This document shows, piece by piece, positions 1 through 9,805 of a stretch of DNA of 64,000 nucleotides (its first letter is position 1; each line of letters starts with the position of its first letter). The notes below the pieces were generated by a model. It had not been told where the DNA came from, ran no database searches, and worked only from the letters and a program-made list of their open reading frames with translations. The position numbers were made by a program, and so were the translations under genes. Location of the stretch: contig CAVPWH010000010.1 in the NCBI GenBank assembly GCA_963709415.1, positions 719,228 through 783,227 on the forward strand. Direction: 5' to 3'. The stretch is from an uncultured Acidobacteriaceae bacterium. GTDB taxonomy: Bacteria; Acidobacteriota; Terriglobia; Terriglobales; Acidobacteriaceae.

Positions 1-1
1 C

Positions 2-379
2 AAAGAGGGCGACGCAGTGACCGGCAACCGCACCAAGGTGAAGATCGTAAAGAACAAGGTGGCGGCGCCCTTCCGCGAAGCCGAGTTCGACATCCTCTAT
101 GGGGAAGGCATCAGCCGCGAGGGCGACGTACTCGATCTCGCCGTGGCGAATAACATCGTTGAGAAGTCCGGCGCCTGGTACAGCTACTCGGGCGAGCGCA
201 TCGGCCAGGGCCGCGAAAACACCCGAAGCTTCCTCAAAGAGAACAGGGATATTTTCGCAAAGATGGATGGCGAGCTTCGCAAGGCACTGAACATCGGCGC
301 GGTGAAGGCCGATGTCCCCGCAGTCCCGGCCACCGGCCCGGCTGAGGCCAAGGAAGCGGTACGCGGGCGCAAGGGCTAA
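2..379 (+). CDS. recA: RecA, C-terminal part (5' truncated by window edge)
   Basis: [31 protein letters not shown]...KSGAWYSY...IGQGREN are hallmark RecA C-terminal motifs. Confidence 0.97.
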   Translation, partial: KEGDAVTGNRTKVKIVKNKVAAPFREAEFDILYGEGISREGDVLDLAVANNIVEKSGAWYSYSGERIGQGRENTRSFLKENRDIFAKMDGELRKALNIGAVKADVPAVPATGPAEAKEAVRGRKG

Positions 380-559
380 TTCAGTTTCGAGATTGACGAT
401 CAAAGAGCACCGACTGTCTCGAGCCTCGATTGCCGCGAAGGATGAGGCCTGGGATTGCAGGTTCATTCTTGCGCCGCAAATCCTCGCACAGTTTATGATT
501 AGGCGATTTCGCCAAACTGAGGTGCTGTCGATTGACTTGATCGGCATGATGGGGTCTCA

Positions 560-1450
560 GTGCAGGAACAAACGATGATCGCGATCAACTGGGGCTCTTC
601 GAACTTTCGCGCTTACAAGCTCGATGGAGCGGGAAACGTCGAAGCGGAGAGATCGTCGGAGCGCGGCGCAGTGTCGGTGCCGCCGGGACGCTTTCCCGAT
701 ACGCTGATGGCCGAGATTGGCGACTGGATTCAGCAGGGAGAGACGAAGATCCTGATGTGCGGCATGGTGGGCGCGCGCAATGGATGGCAGGAAGCTCCGT
801 ACGTTCCGCTGCCAGCAACGATTCACAACGTGGCCGGCGGGGTGATCAGGGTTGGCGTGGACGCATTGGACGCACGCATCGTGCCGGGTCTCATGGGGGC
901 CGACTCCGACGGCGTTCCCGAAGTGATGCGGGGAGAGGAGACAGAGATCTTCGGCTGTGACTGCGAGGCATTGGCCGATGTTCATCTCTGTCTTCCCGGG
1001 ACGCACACCAAGTGGGTGCGGATGGAGGCTGGGCGGATTGCGGGTTTCTCGACGTCGATGACCGGCGATCTCTACAAGGCGATCCGCGAGACGACGATTC
1101 TTCGAACGTGCACGCAACAGGAGCCGGCGGACAGTGAGGCCTTCCTGCGGGGCGTTGCGCGTTCGAAGCAGCCAGGCGAGCTTGCGCATCACCTCTTCGG
1201 AGTGAGAACGCTGGTTTTGACCGGCGGGCTGAATGAGTCCTCGGCTTCGTCCTATTTGTCTGGAATCCTGATCGGGCACGAGGTGAAGGCGATGACGCGG
1301 GAAGGCGAGCGAGTCCATCTCATCGGCGATGCCGAACTGTGTTCGCTCTATGCGACAGCACTGCAGGGGTGCGGTGCGATTCCGTCGTTGGAGCCCGCGG
1401 GCGCGGCATTGCGCGGCCTGAGAAGAATCGCGGAGAGGCTGCGATGGTAA
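560..1450 (+). CDS. dgoK: 2-dehydro-3-deoxygalactonokinase
   Basis: IAINWGSSNFRAY, CGMVGARNGWQEAPY, EVMRGEETEI, LPGTHTKW, SYLSGILIGHE motifs; adjacent to dgoA. Confidence 0.9.
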   Translation: MQEQTMIAINWGSSNFRAYKLDGAGNVEAERSSERGAVSVPPGRFPDTLMAEIGDWIQQGETKILMCGMVGARNGWQEAPYVPLPATIHNVAGGVIRVGVDALDARIVPGLMGADSDGVPEVMRGEETEIFGCDCEALADVHLCLPGTHTKWVRMEAGRIAGFSTSMTGDLYKAIRETTILRTCTQQEPADSEAFLRGVARSKQPGELAHHLFGVRTLVLTGGLNESSASSYLSGILIGHEVKAMTREGERVHLIGDAELCSLYATALQGCGAIPSLEPAGAALRGLRRIAERLRW

Positions 1451-2064
1451 TTCGCGAGTGGTTAAGCCGATGTCCATTGATCGCCATTCTCAGAGGCATT
1501 GAGACCTCCGAAGTTGAGGATGTTTTCTCGGAGCTGCTATCGGCGGGAGTTGTGATCGCTGAGATCCCATTGAATTCGCCGCGGCCCCTGGCGAGCATCC
1601 GCCGAGCAGCAGAATTATTCGCAGATAAAATGCTCATTGGCGCGGGAACCGTTACAGAGCCGCGGCAGGTGCAGGAGGTAGAGGCTTCCGGCGCGAGGCT
1701 CATCGTATCTCCCCACGCCGATGCCGAGATTGTGCACGAGACCAAACGTCTCAACTTGATTGCAATGCCCGGAATCGGATCGGCTACCGAAGCCTTCGCC
1801 ATGATCCGTGCGGGAGCCGATGCGCTGAAGCTGTTTCCCGCGGATGTGCTGGGCACACGAATGCTCACGGGCTTGCGGGCGGTTTTGCCGGAGGGGACAA
1901 TCATGGCGCCCGTCGGCGGAGTGGATGAAGAGACCATCCCTTTGTGGCGCAACGCCGGCGCCGAGGGCTACGGAGTGGGCTCCGCGTTATATAAAGCCGG
2001 CATGTCAGCCAGCCAGGTGGGAGCCAATGCACGACGACTTCTTCAGAGCTTAAGTGCACCCTGA
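1444..2064 (+). CDS. dgoA: 2-dehydro-3-deoxy-6-phosphogalactonate aldolase (KDPG/KHG family)
   Basis: PLIAILRGI, EIPLNSP, GAGTV, LKLFPA, PVGGV, GVGSALYK; ATG at 1444 overlaps the dgoK 3' end. Confidence 0.9.
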   Translation: MVIREWLSRCPLIAILRGIETSEVEDVFSELLSAGVVIAEIPLNSPRPLASIRRAAELFADKMLIGAGTVTEPRQVQEVEASGARLIVSPHADAEIVHETKRLNLIAMPGIGSATEAFAMIRAGADALKLFPADVLGTRMLTGLRAVLPEGTIMAPVGGVDEETIPLWRNAGAEGYGVGSALYKAGMSASQVGANARRLLQSLSAP

Positions 2065-2068
2065 GAGA

Positions 2069-2998
2069 ATGTATTTGAAGGTCTCGTCACACCAGGGACG
2101 GAGGTATACCTTGCGCACTTCCGCGCTTTGCCTTCTACTGCTTGGTTTCGCCATTGCCGCATCCTGTCTTTCGCCGCGCACCGCCGCTCAACAGCCGCTC
2201 AGCGCGCCCCGTGCCGGTGGCCACGCAACGCCCCTGCTGCTCTATCCCGCCATCGGTGCGGGTCCTGGCTGCGCTCCTTTGGCATTGATCTCGCATGGAG
2301 CAGGGGGCTCTGAAGTTGGCTATCGATATTTGGCCGAGGCCATGGCGCAGCTTGGCTACACCACGGTCGTGATGGGTCACCGCGAGAGCGGCGCCGCGGC
2401 TTTGCGCAACAGCGTGTTCGAGGACGGTCTGATGCCCGGGTTACGTGAACTGGTAGCGGACAAGAATGCGGAGGAGGCGCGTCTGCGCGATGTGGGCGCG
2501 GCGCTCAATTGGTCCGACTCGCAATGCCGCGCGCCTTTTCGCGTGCTCCTGGGGCACTCCATGGGCGCGGAGACGGTAATGCTCGAAGCAGGCGCGAAGA
2601 ACATGATCGGAGTTTCGTCGCCGCCCGCCGGCGAGGATCGGTTTGACGCGTATGTCGCTCTCTCGCCCGAGGGCTCCGGAGTTATCTTTCCCGCACACGC
2701 ATGGAATGGGATTCACAAACCCATGTTGATCATGACCGGCACACGCGATCAATCGCTTCAGGGCGGGCCGAAGGCGCGGCTCGAGCCCTGGCACGATCTG
2801 CCGGGTAACGCGTCGCACTGTCAGTGGATGGGCGTGATCGACGATGCGTCGCACATGAACTTTGCGGGAAACGGGCCTGGCCACGAGGCGGTTGAGCCGC
2901 TGGTAACGAAGACGATCACGAGCTTCCTGGCCGGAGTGCGGCAACACTCCTGCACTCTCCCAGCGCCCGCAAGCCAGATGAAGCTGCAGGGGAAGTGA
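2069..2998 (+). CDS. Secreted alpha/beta hydrolase
   Basis: Hydrophobic signal region; ISHGAGG oxyanion motif, GHSMG nucleophile elbow, TGTRD, SHMNF; start uncertain. Confidence 0.8.
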   Translation: MYLKVSSHQGRRYTLRTSALCLLLLGFAIAASCLSPRTAAQQPLSAPRAGGHATPLLLYPAIGAGPGCAPLALISHGAGGSEVGYRYLAEAMAQLGYTTVVMGHRESGAAALRNSVFEDGLMPGLRELVADKNAEEARLRDVGAALNWSDSQCRAPFRVLLGHSMGAETVMLEAGAKNMIGVSSPPAGEDRFDAYVALSPEGSGVIFPAHAWNGIHKPMLIMTGTRDQSLQGGPKARLEPWHDLPGNASHCQWMGVIDDASHMNFAGNGPGHEAVEPLVTKTITSFLAGVRQHSCTLPAPASQMKLQGK

Positions 2999-3008
2999 GC
3001 CTTGTCGA

Positions 3009-3314
3009 CTACTTCCAGACGTTCGCAGTGCAATTGCGCGCCGCTGTTCGGCCGCCTTCAACCGTTACTGTGATTTCAGGACAATTGAGTTTCCAGTCCT
3101 GACTCGCGACAGATACCCTGTAATTTCCGGGGGAGACAACGAAAGTTGCATTTGTTCGCTGCGCCACTTGCCTTCCGTTGATCGACACGATGGCTCCCGC
3201 AGGGTTCGACGAGATCGTCAGCCTTCCCGGCTGCGGCGGCATCTGCGGCAGCAACAGCGCAGGCGACAAGAGAAATGAAATCGGGAGCAGTTTCAAAGAT
3301 GTTTCGAGTTTCAT
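3009..3314 (-). CDS. Small secreted PEGA-domain protein
   Basis: Signal-like N-terminus; GRLTISSNPAGAIVSING...VSPGNYRVSV is PEGA-like; GAGG upstream of ATG 3314. Confidence 0.7.
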   Translation of the reverse strand: MKLETSLKLLPISFLLSPALLLPQMPPQPGRLTISSNPAGAIVSINGRQVAQRTNATFVVSPGNYRVSVASQDWKLNCPEITVTVEGGRTAARNCTANVWK

Positions 3315-3315
3315 G

Positions 3316-3828
3316 TCAAGCCTCGCCACTCAGATCGTTAAATGCAAAATCGGCGAAGAAGAACGTCCCTGCCAGCAGCGTATAAAACTGTGCGTGACTG
3401 GAGAAGAGATATACGGGATCGTAGGCGCTCAGGTTCTGGTTGTTCACCATCGCAAGAAGATTGAGATGGCTCATGTATCCGAAGTAGAGTGACACGCCTC
3501 CGCTGATGGCCGCCAGGAAGGCGGCCCACATATGCCGCAGTTTGGAATTTTCGCGCGCCTTGACCATGAGCAGCCCCACCGCTCCGAGCAGCGCGGTGCC
3601 GAGCGTGGTGAGCAGACCGTTTGTGCCGGCCATGGCCTCGGCCGACATCTTTTGCCAATCGCTAGGCGGAGGAGGATTCTCGGAAGAGCCGGAAAATATG
3701 GTGCCCGGAGCTTCGAAGATCTTGCGGTATTCGTAGACCTGCACTTCCCACACGCTGGCTACGAGAATGACAACTGCAACGTAGAACCAGATTCTGGAAA
3801 TCTTCCGCATGTTGATCGCTGTCAGCAT
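3316..3828 (-). CDS. Hypothetical membrane protein (about 4 TM segments)
   Basis: 170-aa ORF with hydrophobic segments, GAGGT RBS, abuts the PEGA gene. Confidence 0.65.
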   Translation of the reverse strand: MLTAINMRKISRIWFYVAVVILVASVWEVQVYEYRKIFEAPGTIFSGSSENPPPPSDWQKMSAEAMAGTNGLLTTLGTALLGAVGLLMVKARENSKLRHMWAAFLAAISGGVSLYFGYMSHLNLLAMVNNQNLSAYDPVYLFSSHAQFYTLLAGTFFFADFAFNDLSGEA

Positions 3829-4087
3829 CGAGACACCTCATCGGCCAATGGATGTACGGATGGCCCAAAGCATCTGATCATGGCCGGGGTCTTGCTCCGC
3901 GAAGGCTATGGACGTGCTCTCGCTTCGCGTAGAAGTAAACATACACTGGTCGTTGTCCGGATGGGAAGACGATTTTTTTGCGCGGACCGGAGTTCGAGCC
4001 AATGAAGGACAGGCCCGAGGCGATCGTGGGCCACAAAAGCGAGAGCGGGACAAACTTGTGGAATCGAATCGGGGTTGCTTTCGCTCC

Positions 4088-6928
4088 CTATTGGTGATCC
4101 ACCACCCTGATGCTTGCCGGCACGCCGATTCCCTCGTTAATGAAGAACAATTTGCGCCCATTCGTAATCGCTACTGAATTCGGGCCCACATTCCCAGTCC
4201 CAGGACCAACTACGTTGTCGATGGTGACGAGGCCTGTGACTCCGGCCTGCGAAAGAAAGCCTGGGGAGGCGGTGCTGTCGAACTCGGTTCCGGTTACCGA
4301 TCCCTGACTGCCGATTCCCATTACTCCCGCCGCGTTCACCGTTCCTTCCGCCAGAAGGCTTTCGTTTCCGAGGAAATAATTTCCAGCGAGGGAGGCGGCT
4401 GTCACGCTACCGGTGGCTCCCGGCTCCAATACTCCGAACACAGGACTCGTCCCATTGGGATCCGTTCCGCACGCGAAAGCATCAATCGTCTCCGTATTGC
4501 TGGAGGGTGCGGACAAGTAGAAGACGGGAGGATTTGTAAGTCCGGCGCCTGTCAGAGTCAATCTGCCAAATGTCGGGCTCACCGAATAGGTTTCGCCTGT
4601 CACCAACGTGGTGGCGCTCCCAGCCATGCTAAATCCGAAAATGGACCCGGTTACGCTGCCGCTGTTGAAGGTCAGCAATCCCAGGTTCACATCGGTGCCT
4701 GTCGCGTGAAAGATGTAGTTGCCAGAGAGCGCGCTGGAACTGAATGTGGGCGCAGACGCGATTGCGCGGCCCGCGTAAATCCATGCGGGAATCGCACCCG
4801 CATTGCTGAATTGCATGGTGTCAAGCGACAACAAGAAGAACTCATTCGCATTCACGATGTAGATGGCAGCTTGCGTTGTTCCCGCTCCCGTGCCCGGCAA
4901 GGCAGCCCCTTGTTTTAGCGTGAAGTTGAACAGCGCCCTGCCCGTCAGCGCGGAAACCGATGAGATGGACCCGGTGCTTCCCTGAATGTCGCTTTGAACA
5001 GCGGCAGATGCCGCGCCCGGAGAGTTACTGTCGAAATCGCTGTTGGTAATCATGCCTGAGGCCGGTGCGAAGACCAGCGACCCCGCCATGGACCCGACGA
5101 CACCAACTGCGCCTTCGAGCCCGAATGCGTAATTCGTCTGCAGATGGCTTGTGTCTCCGCCGGCAAACGCTGTCGGATCCTGGCGCAACAGCAGCCCCGA
5201 GGCAAGCGAGGGAGTCCCAAATGGGTTGTCCCCCTGGTCGTCGTACTCGGTAATCCGCCCCGCCGTCGCGACTCCGCCGCTCTCCTCACCAAGCGCGAAT
5301 CGAAAGATGCGGGTAGTTCCGTCCGAACCATACAAGTCCAGGCAACCCACGTCGCCGGCGCCCGACGGATCGGGACCGACGGTGTAGAAACCGGTGCCTG
5401 CGCTCGAACTCACGAACACGGTGCTTTGGGGAGGGTTATTGCCATTATTCACATCGAGGTTGCCCGCCACGGTGCCGCCAGACAGTCCCGCGAAGTGCCC
5501 GGTCCCGTCGGCGTTGAAACTGCCAGCCATCGCTGACTGACCCTGCGCGAAGAATGCGTATTGGCCGGAGAGGAGCGATTCGTGCCCCGTCGGGGTACCG
5601 GCGCAACTGCTGACGGTCCCGCTGATGATTCCGATTGAATCCGTGTCGCTCTTGGTTCCGTCACGAACCGACACGGCACTAATATCCGCAAAGTCGTTGG
5701 GGGGAGAGGGTGCGGTCGCCGGTGGGTTGTAGACGGCGGTAGTGGCCGTCGTCGCACCGAAGGTTCCGCAAGTGGCCGCGGTACAACCGTTCAGTTCCCA
5801 CTGAACTCCGGCATTGGTCGGATCGTTGGTCACTTTTGCCGTCAAGGTGATCGAGGCGCTTCCAGCGGTAATCATGTTCACCTTGTTGGCGATCGTTACC
5901 GTGAGGGAGCCGGAGATGATCGAGAACGAATCAGTATCGGACTTTGTGGCGTCTGTTACGGATGTTGCGGTAATCGTGGGTGCATTTGCCGGAGCGGCCG
6001 GCACAGTCGCCGGCGGCGTGTAAATCACGTTGGTGGCAGTCTGGCCGGTGAGAGTGCCGCATCCGGGAGTGCAAGAAGCGCCCGCTGCCGTGAGACTCCA
6101 GATGACGCCAGCGTTGCCGGCATCGTTCTGCACCTGCACCATCAAAGTGAGCGGCCCGGTGAGCGCTGGAATCGACGTGAACTTGTTGGTGATGGTTACT
6201 GAGACTGCCGATGGGGCGCCGACGATGAACGCGTCCGTGTCGGATTTTGTTGTGTCCTTGACAGAGGTTGCGGTCAATACCGGCGCGTTGTTTGGCGAGG
6301 CGGGAATAGTGGCGGGCGGCGTGTAGACGACGGTTGTCGATGTCGCGGAGGTCAACGTGCCGCACGCCGGCGAACAGGCCACGCCGCCGGCCGCCAGGCT
6401 CCACGTGACGCCCGAGTTGCCGGGGTCGCCCAGCACCTGCGCGGTCACCGTTACCGGCGCAGATCCCGCGGGAATGGTGGTGAACTTGTTTGTGATGGAA
6501 ACCACGACCGGCGACACAATTGTGAATGCGTCCGAGTCTAATTTTGTGGGGTCCTTCGCGGACTGCGCGGCCAGCGTGGGCGCGTTGTCCGGCGCTGCGG
6601 GAGCGGTGGCGGGAGGCGTGTAGGTGGCGCTGGCCGCCGTTATCGCACTCAGCGTTCCGCATGCAGGGGAACAGGCCACGCCGGCCACCGTGAGGTTCCA
6701 GAGGACGCCGGAATTTGTCGCGTCGTTCTGCACGGAAGCAGTGACGGTCACGGCCGCCGTTCCGGGGGCAATGGTTGTGATCTTGTTGGAAATTGAAACC
6801 GAAATTGCGGCAGCGGAGCCACCGCCCGATCCGCTGTTGCAACCGGCTATACCAACGGCCGCAGCCATCAACAAAAAATTGAACAGTCCTTTGCCCAGCA
6901 GAGTAGAACCCCAGCGAGCTTGCGTCAT
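4088..6928 (-). CDS. Large surface lipoprotein with four tandem Ig-like repeats and a beta-rich C-terminal region
   Basis: Lipobox IAGC followed by a Ser/Gly linker; four ~99-aa Thr/Ala-rich repeats; GGAGG RBS. Confidence 0.85.
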   Translation of the reverse strand: MTQARWGSTLLGKGLFNFLLMAAAVGIAGCNSGSGGGSAAAISVSISNKITTIAPGTAAVTVTASVQNDATNSGVLWNLTVAGVACSPACGTLSAITAASATYTPPATAPAAPDNAPTLAAQSAKDPTKLDSDAFTIVSPVVVSITNKFTTIPAGSAPVTVTAQVLGDPGNSGVTWSLAAGGVACSPACGTLTSATSTTVVYTPPATIPASPNNAPVLTATSVKDTTKSDTDAFIVGAPSAVSVTITNKFTSIPALTGPLTLMVQVQNDAGNAGVIWSLTAAGASCTPGCGTLTGQTATNVIYTPPATVPAAPANAPTITATSVTDATKSDTDSFSIISGSLTVTIANKVNMITAGSASITLTAKVTNDPTNAGVQWELNGCTAATCGTFGATTATTAVYNPPATAPSPPNDFADISAVSVRDGTKSDTDSIGIISGTVSSCAGTPTGHESLLSGQYAFFAQGQSAMAGSFNADGTGHFAGLSGGTVAGNLDVNNGNNPPQSTVFVSSSAGTGFYTVGPDPSGAGDVGCLDLYGSDGTTRIFRFALGEESGGVATAGRITEYDDQGDNPFGTPSLASGLLLRQDPTAFAGGDTSHLQTNYAFGLEGAVGVVGSMAGSLVFAPASGMITNSDFDSNSPGAASAAVQSDIQGSTGSISSVSALTGRALFNFTLKQGAALPGTGAGTTQAAIYIVNANEFFLLSLDTMQFSNAGAIPAWIYAGRAIASAPTFSSSALSGNYIFHATGTDVNLGLLTFNSGSVTGSIFGFSMAGSATTLVTGETYSVSPTFGRLTLTGAGLTNPPVFYLSAPSSNTETIDAFACGTDPNGTSPVFGVLEPGATGSVTAASLAGNYFLGNESLLAEGTVNAAGVMGIGSQGSVTGTEFDSTASPGFLSQAGVTGLVTIDNVVGPGTGNVGPNSVAITNGRKLFFINEGIGVPASIRVVDHQ
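5620..6805 (-). repeat. Four intragenic ~297-bp Ig-like domain repeats (approximate limits)
   Basis: Recurrent pattern IxNK...V(Q/T)ND..N.GV.W.L...C...CGT...Y.PPAT.P..P....S..D.TK.D.D. Confidence 0.85.
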
Positions 6929-6941
6929 TGTCGTTCGCCTC

Positions 6942-6990
6942 CAAAACCGGCTCGGCCGGCAACCTTGAAACGTTTAACCAGCCGGTTTTG
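6942..6990 (-). promoter_or_regulatory. 11-bp stem-loop abutting the RBS of the Ig-repeat lipoprotein gene
   Basis: CAAAACCGGCT (6942-6952) pairs with AGCCGGTTTTG (6980-6990); on the minus strand the 3' arm runs into GGAGG. Confidence 0.45.
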
Positions 6991-7332
6991 CACGGGGGGA
7001 ATTGGCTAAACGGCAAAAATGGACTGAAGAAATCTGCGTTTCGTTCTCTCGCGGTACAAGGCGCACCCCATTCTGGCTGCGTTTCTACAGCGGAGACGAA
7101 TAGCCTTGAAGCCTAAACCAGCGAGCAAGCAGTCGCGAATGCGCCCATGACAGTCCTGACCACGCGACACGGCACCCCGTGGTCGAACGATTAGATGCCG
7201 GTTACGGGCTAAATCGCTGCTTATTATTTGTCCAAAACGGCCTGACGCATCCGGACCCCGAATTTCTGAACGAGAGATTTTGGACGTATGAGGAAACAAC
7301 GCTCAGCGCGAGAGATTTTTCTCAATGGCCGC

Positions 7333-8166
7333 TCAGCCGGCCGCGATTTTGATGCGTTCGGGATCTTCTTCCACTTCGCCGCAATCTTCGCCGAGGCCGC
7401 CATAGCGGCGCTCTCGGCGCTGGAAATCGGCGATGGCTTCCAGCAGGTGGATGCCGCGGAAGTCCGGCCAGTAACGATCGGTGACGAATATCTCGGTGTA
7501 GGCGATTTGCCACAACAAATAATTTGAAATCCTCATCTCGCCTGAGGTGCGAATGAGCAGGTCGGGGTCGGGCATGTGAGCAGTGTAGAGATGGCGATGA
7601 ATGTCTTCCTCTGAGATGCGGTCGGGGCTGAGTTGCTTGAGCTTGATTTCCGCAGCCAGGCCGCGAAAGGCGTCGACCATCTCCGACCTGCCGCCGTAAT
7701 TCAAGGCCAGTGTGAGGGTGGTGCCGGTGTTACGCGCGGTTTCATCCGCGGCCCAAGCCATTTTGTCCTGCACCTCGGGCGGCAGATCGTGAGTGCGGCC
7801 GATGTACCGGATGCGAACGTTGTTGTCCATCATGCGCTGCAGATTGCTCTCAAGATAGCTTTTGAGCAGGCGCATGAGGAAATTGACTTCGGCCCGGGGC
7901 CTGCGCAAATTGTTCTCGAGCGAAAATGCGTAGAGAGTAAGCCAGGGCAGACCGATACGAGACGCGGTCTCGGTGACCAGTTGCACGCTCTTGGCGCCCT
8001 GCTGGTGGCCCAGGAAACGCTTGAGCGAACGCTGGCCGGCCCAGCGGCCGTTGCCGTCCATGATGATGGCGACGTGCTCGGGCAAGCGCTCCGGCTTGAG
8101 CGTTGCATACACCGCACGCTCCTCATCTGTGAGCTCATGGATGCGCAGCGTGCCTGAAGAATACAA
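7333..8166 (-). CDS. uppS: Undecaprenyl diphosphate synthase (cis-isoprenyl transferase)
   Basis: HVAIIMDGNGRWA, LTLYAFSLEN, ALNYGGRSE, PDPDLLIRTSGEMRISNYLLWQ, RERRYGG; TTG start with GAGG RBS. Confidence 0.95.
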   Translation of the reverse strand: MYSSGTLRIHELTDEERAVYATLKPERLPEHVAIIMDGNGRWAGQRSLKRFLGHQQGAKSVQLVTETASRIGLPWLTLYAFSLENNLRRPRAEVNFLMRLLKSYLESNLQRMMDNNVRIRYIGRTHDLPPEVQDKMAWAADETARNTGTTLTLALNYGGRSEMVDAFRGLAAEIKLKQLSPDRISEEDIHRHLYTAHMPDPDLLIRTSGEMRISNYLLWQIAYTEIFVTDRYWPDFRGIHLLEAIADFQRRERRYGGLGEDCGEVEEDPERIKIAAG

Positions 8167-8467
8167 AGGAATCGCCTCGAAATCACAATTGCGGCTTCCA
8201 GGACCGGCGCGCAGGGAGCATCTGAAATCGACGCCATTCGCGTTCGCGCCCGCAGCAGATGCAGGGCCTCGCGCACCCCACAAATCCTCCGTCCGGCGCA
8301 AATTACCTCGATAGCCGCAGCCGGGGAGTAACACCTTCGACCCTAGCACAAGCGCCGATGCGCTGCAAAGGCGGCGCGTGGGCGCAGCCGGGCAGAGGAA
8401 GGGCGGAAGCGGACGACCGGCGAAATCGGCACCGGCCCAGCCGCCGGCGCTCGGGTTCGCAGGGGTC

Positions 8468-9004
8468 CTATCCCAAGCGTCCACGGCCGGTCGCGGCGTC
8501 ACGCACGGCACCGTAGATAAGCGTTCGCTGCAGCGACTCCAGACGAGGCAGGAAGGATGCAATCTCGGCAAGGAACGGATCAGAGAGGATGGCGGCCACT
8601 TCCTCTTCGCGTCGACTGCGCGAGTCACGCACGAGTTGAGATACGTCCACTCCAAGAGCGTTTGCGAGGCGCTCGAGAGAGCCCAGGGTCGGAATGGCTT
8701 TGCCGTTTTCGATCTTGGAGATATAAGTGCGAGGTACCTGCATGCGTCCGGCGAGTTGACGCTGGCTGAGGTGGCGAGCGCGCCGGATATCGCGAACCTG
8801 GCCGGCAACCTGCAGTCCCGCCTCGGCTGAAGAGGGAACGAAGGGGCTGGTGACGAGCTGTGGCGCCAGGCGAACGGGCTCTTCATTGTCGAGAGGCCGG
8901 TGGCATCGCCTGCAAAGGGAGTTTGAGGTTCTGTACTGCATTAGCCTGCAGTACTCACACCGCACTACTTCACGTGTTTCCACGCTGACAAGAGTGGTAG
9001 CCAT
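8468..9004 (-). CDS. XRE-family HTH regulator with N-terminal Zn ribbon
   Basis: CEYC...CRRC followed by RHLSQRQLAGRMQVPRTYISKIENGKAIPTL (HTH_3). Confidence 0.88.
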   Translation of the reverse strand: MATTLVSVETREVVRCEYCRLMQYRTSNSLCRRCHRPLDNEEPVRLAPQLVTSPFVPSSAEAGLQVAGQVRDIRRARHLSQRQLAGRMQVPRTYISKIENGKAIPTLGSLERLANALGVDVSQLVRDSRSRREEEVAAILSDPFLAEIASFLPRLESLQRTLIYGAVRDAATGRGRLG

Positions 9005-9187
9005 GGGCTTGGTGCGGACGGAGCGCCAGAGCAGGAACCCCGGGGTGCATTTTTAGCACCGCAATATGGGCTACTGTCTACGAAATGAACCATAATTGTC
9101 AAGTAGAAACTTGGGGTCAAACCGAAGAACACCGGATGAATCCCTGAAAAACCTGAAGATACACGAACCAAGCTAGTAAACCAAGGG

Positions 9188-9805
9188 GTGAAAAATATGA
9201 GGACCGGCACCAATGATCTGCATGGACGCGAGCAAGCCTGGCAGCTATTGACCGAATGGACCGCGAGCGAAAGCCTGCGCAAACATGCGCTTGCGGTGGA
9301 GGCCTGCGTTGTGGCGTGCGGCGAGGCCGAGGCGGACCGGCTGGGGCTGAGCGGCAACGAGCGCGGGGAGATGATCGAGCTCTATTCAACCACTGCCCTG
9401 CTCCACGACTTCGACTACGAGCGGCATCCGACGGCGCAGGAGCACCCATTCGTCGGCGTTCGGGAGCTGGAGCGCCTGGGCTGGCCTCTGGCGCTGCGCA
9501 CTGCGATCCTGGGCCATGCACAATACTCCGGAGTGGCCCGCGACTCGCATCTTGCCAAGGCGCTTTTCGCGTGCGACGAGCTGGCCGGCTTCCTGACGGC
9601 CTGCGCCCTGGTGAAGCCCACCCGGTCGATTGCCGATGTGGAGGCGGCCAGTGTGCGCAAGAAGATGAAAGACAAGGCTTTTGCCCGCGGCGTGAATCGG
9701 GAGGATGTAATCCAGGGTGCGGCAGAACTGGGCGTGGAACTGGAAGCACACATCGCTTTCTGTATTGAGGCGATGAAGAAGCGCGCGGCGGAGTTGGGGC
9801 TCTGA
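9188..9805 (+). CDS. HD/HDIG-domain metal-dependent phosphohydrolase
   Basis: KHALAVE, LLHDFDYE, ACDELAGF, KKMKDKAFARGVNR. Confidence 0.88.
   Translation: MKNMRTGTNDLHGREQAWQLLTEWTASESLRKHALAVEACVVACGEAEADRLGLSGNERGEMIELYSTTALLHDFDYERHPTAQEHPFVGVRELERLGWPLALRTAILGHAQYSGVARDSHLAKALFACDELAGFLTACALVKPTRSIADVEAASVRKKMKDKAFARGVNREDVIQGAAELGVELEAHIAFCIEAMKKRAAELGL

Noticed and set aside
3838-3942. 34-aa small ORF (MFTSTRSE...IGR) as a precursor peptide
   Set aside because: No RBS, no recognisable motif and no modifying enzymes nearby.
7075-7140. Resemblance to a c-di-GMP-I riboswitch (GACGAATAGCC...GCCTAAACC)
   Set aside because: It is on the opposite strand to the adjacent gene and lacks the GCAAAC/GAAA P2 features and a matching P1.
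7333-8886. 517-aa N-terminally extended UppS from the ORF track
   Set aside because: The extension overlaps the XRE gene in another frame; the TTG at 8166 with an RBS gives a normal length.
8895-8955. CRRCH as a heme-binding motif
   Set aside because: The protein is a cytoplasmic HTH regulator with no signal peptide; CRRC pairs with CEYC as a Zn ribbon.
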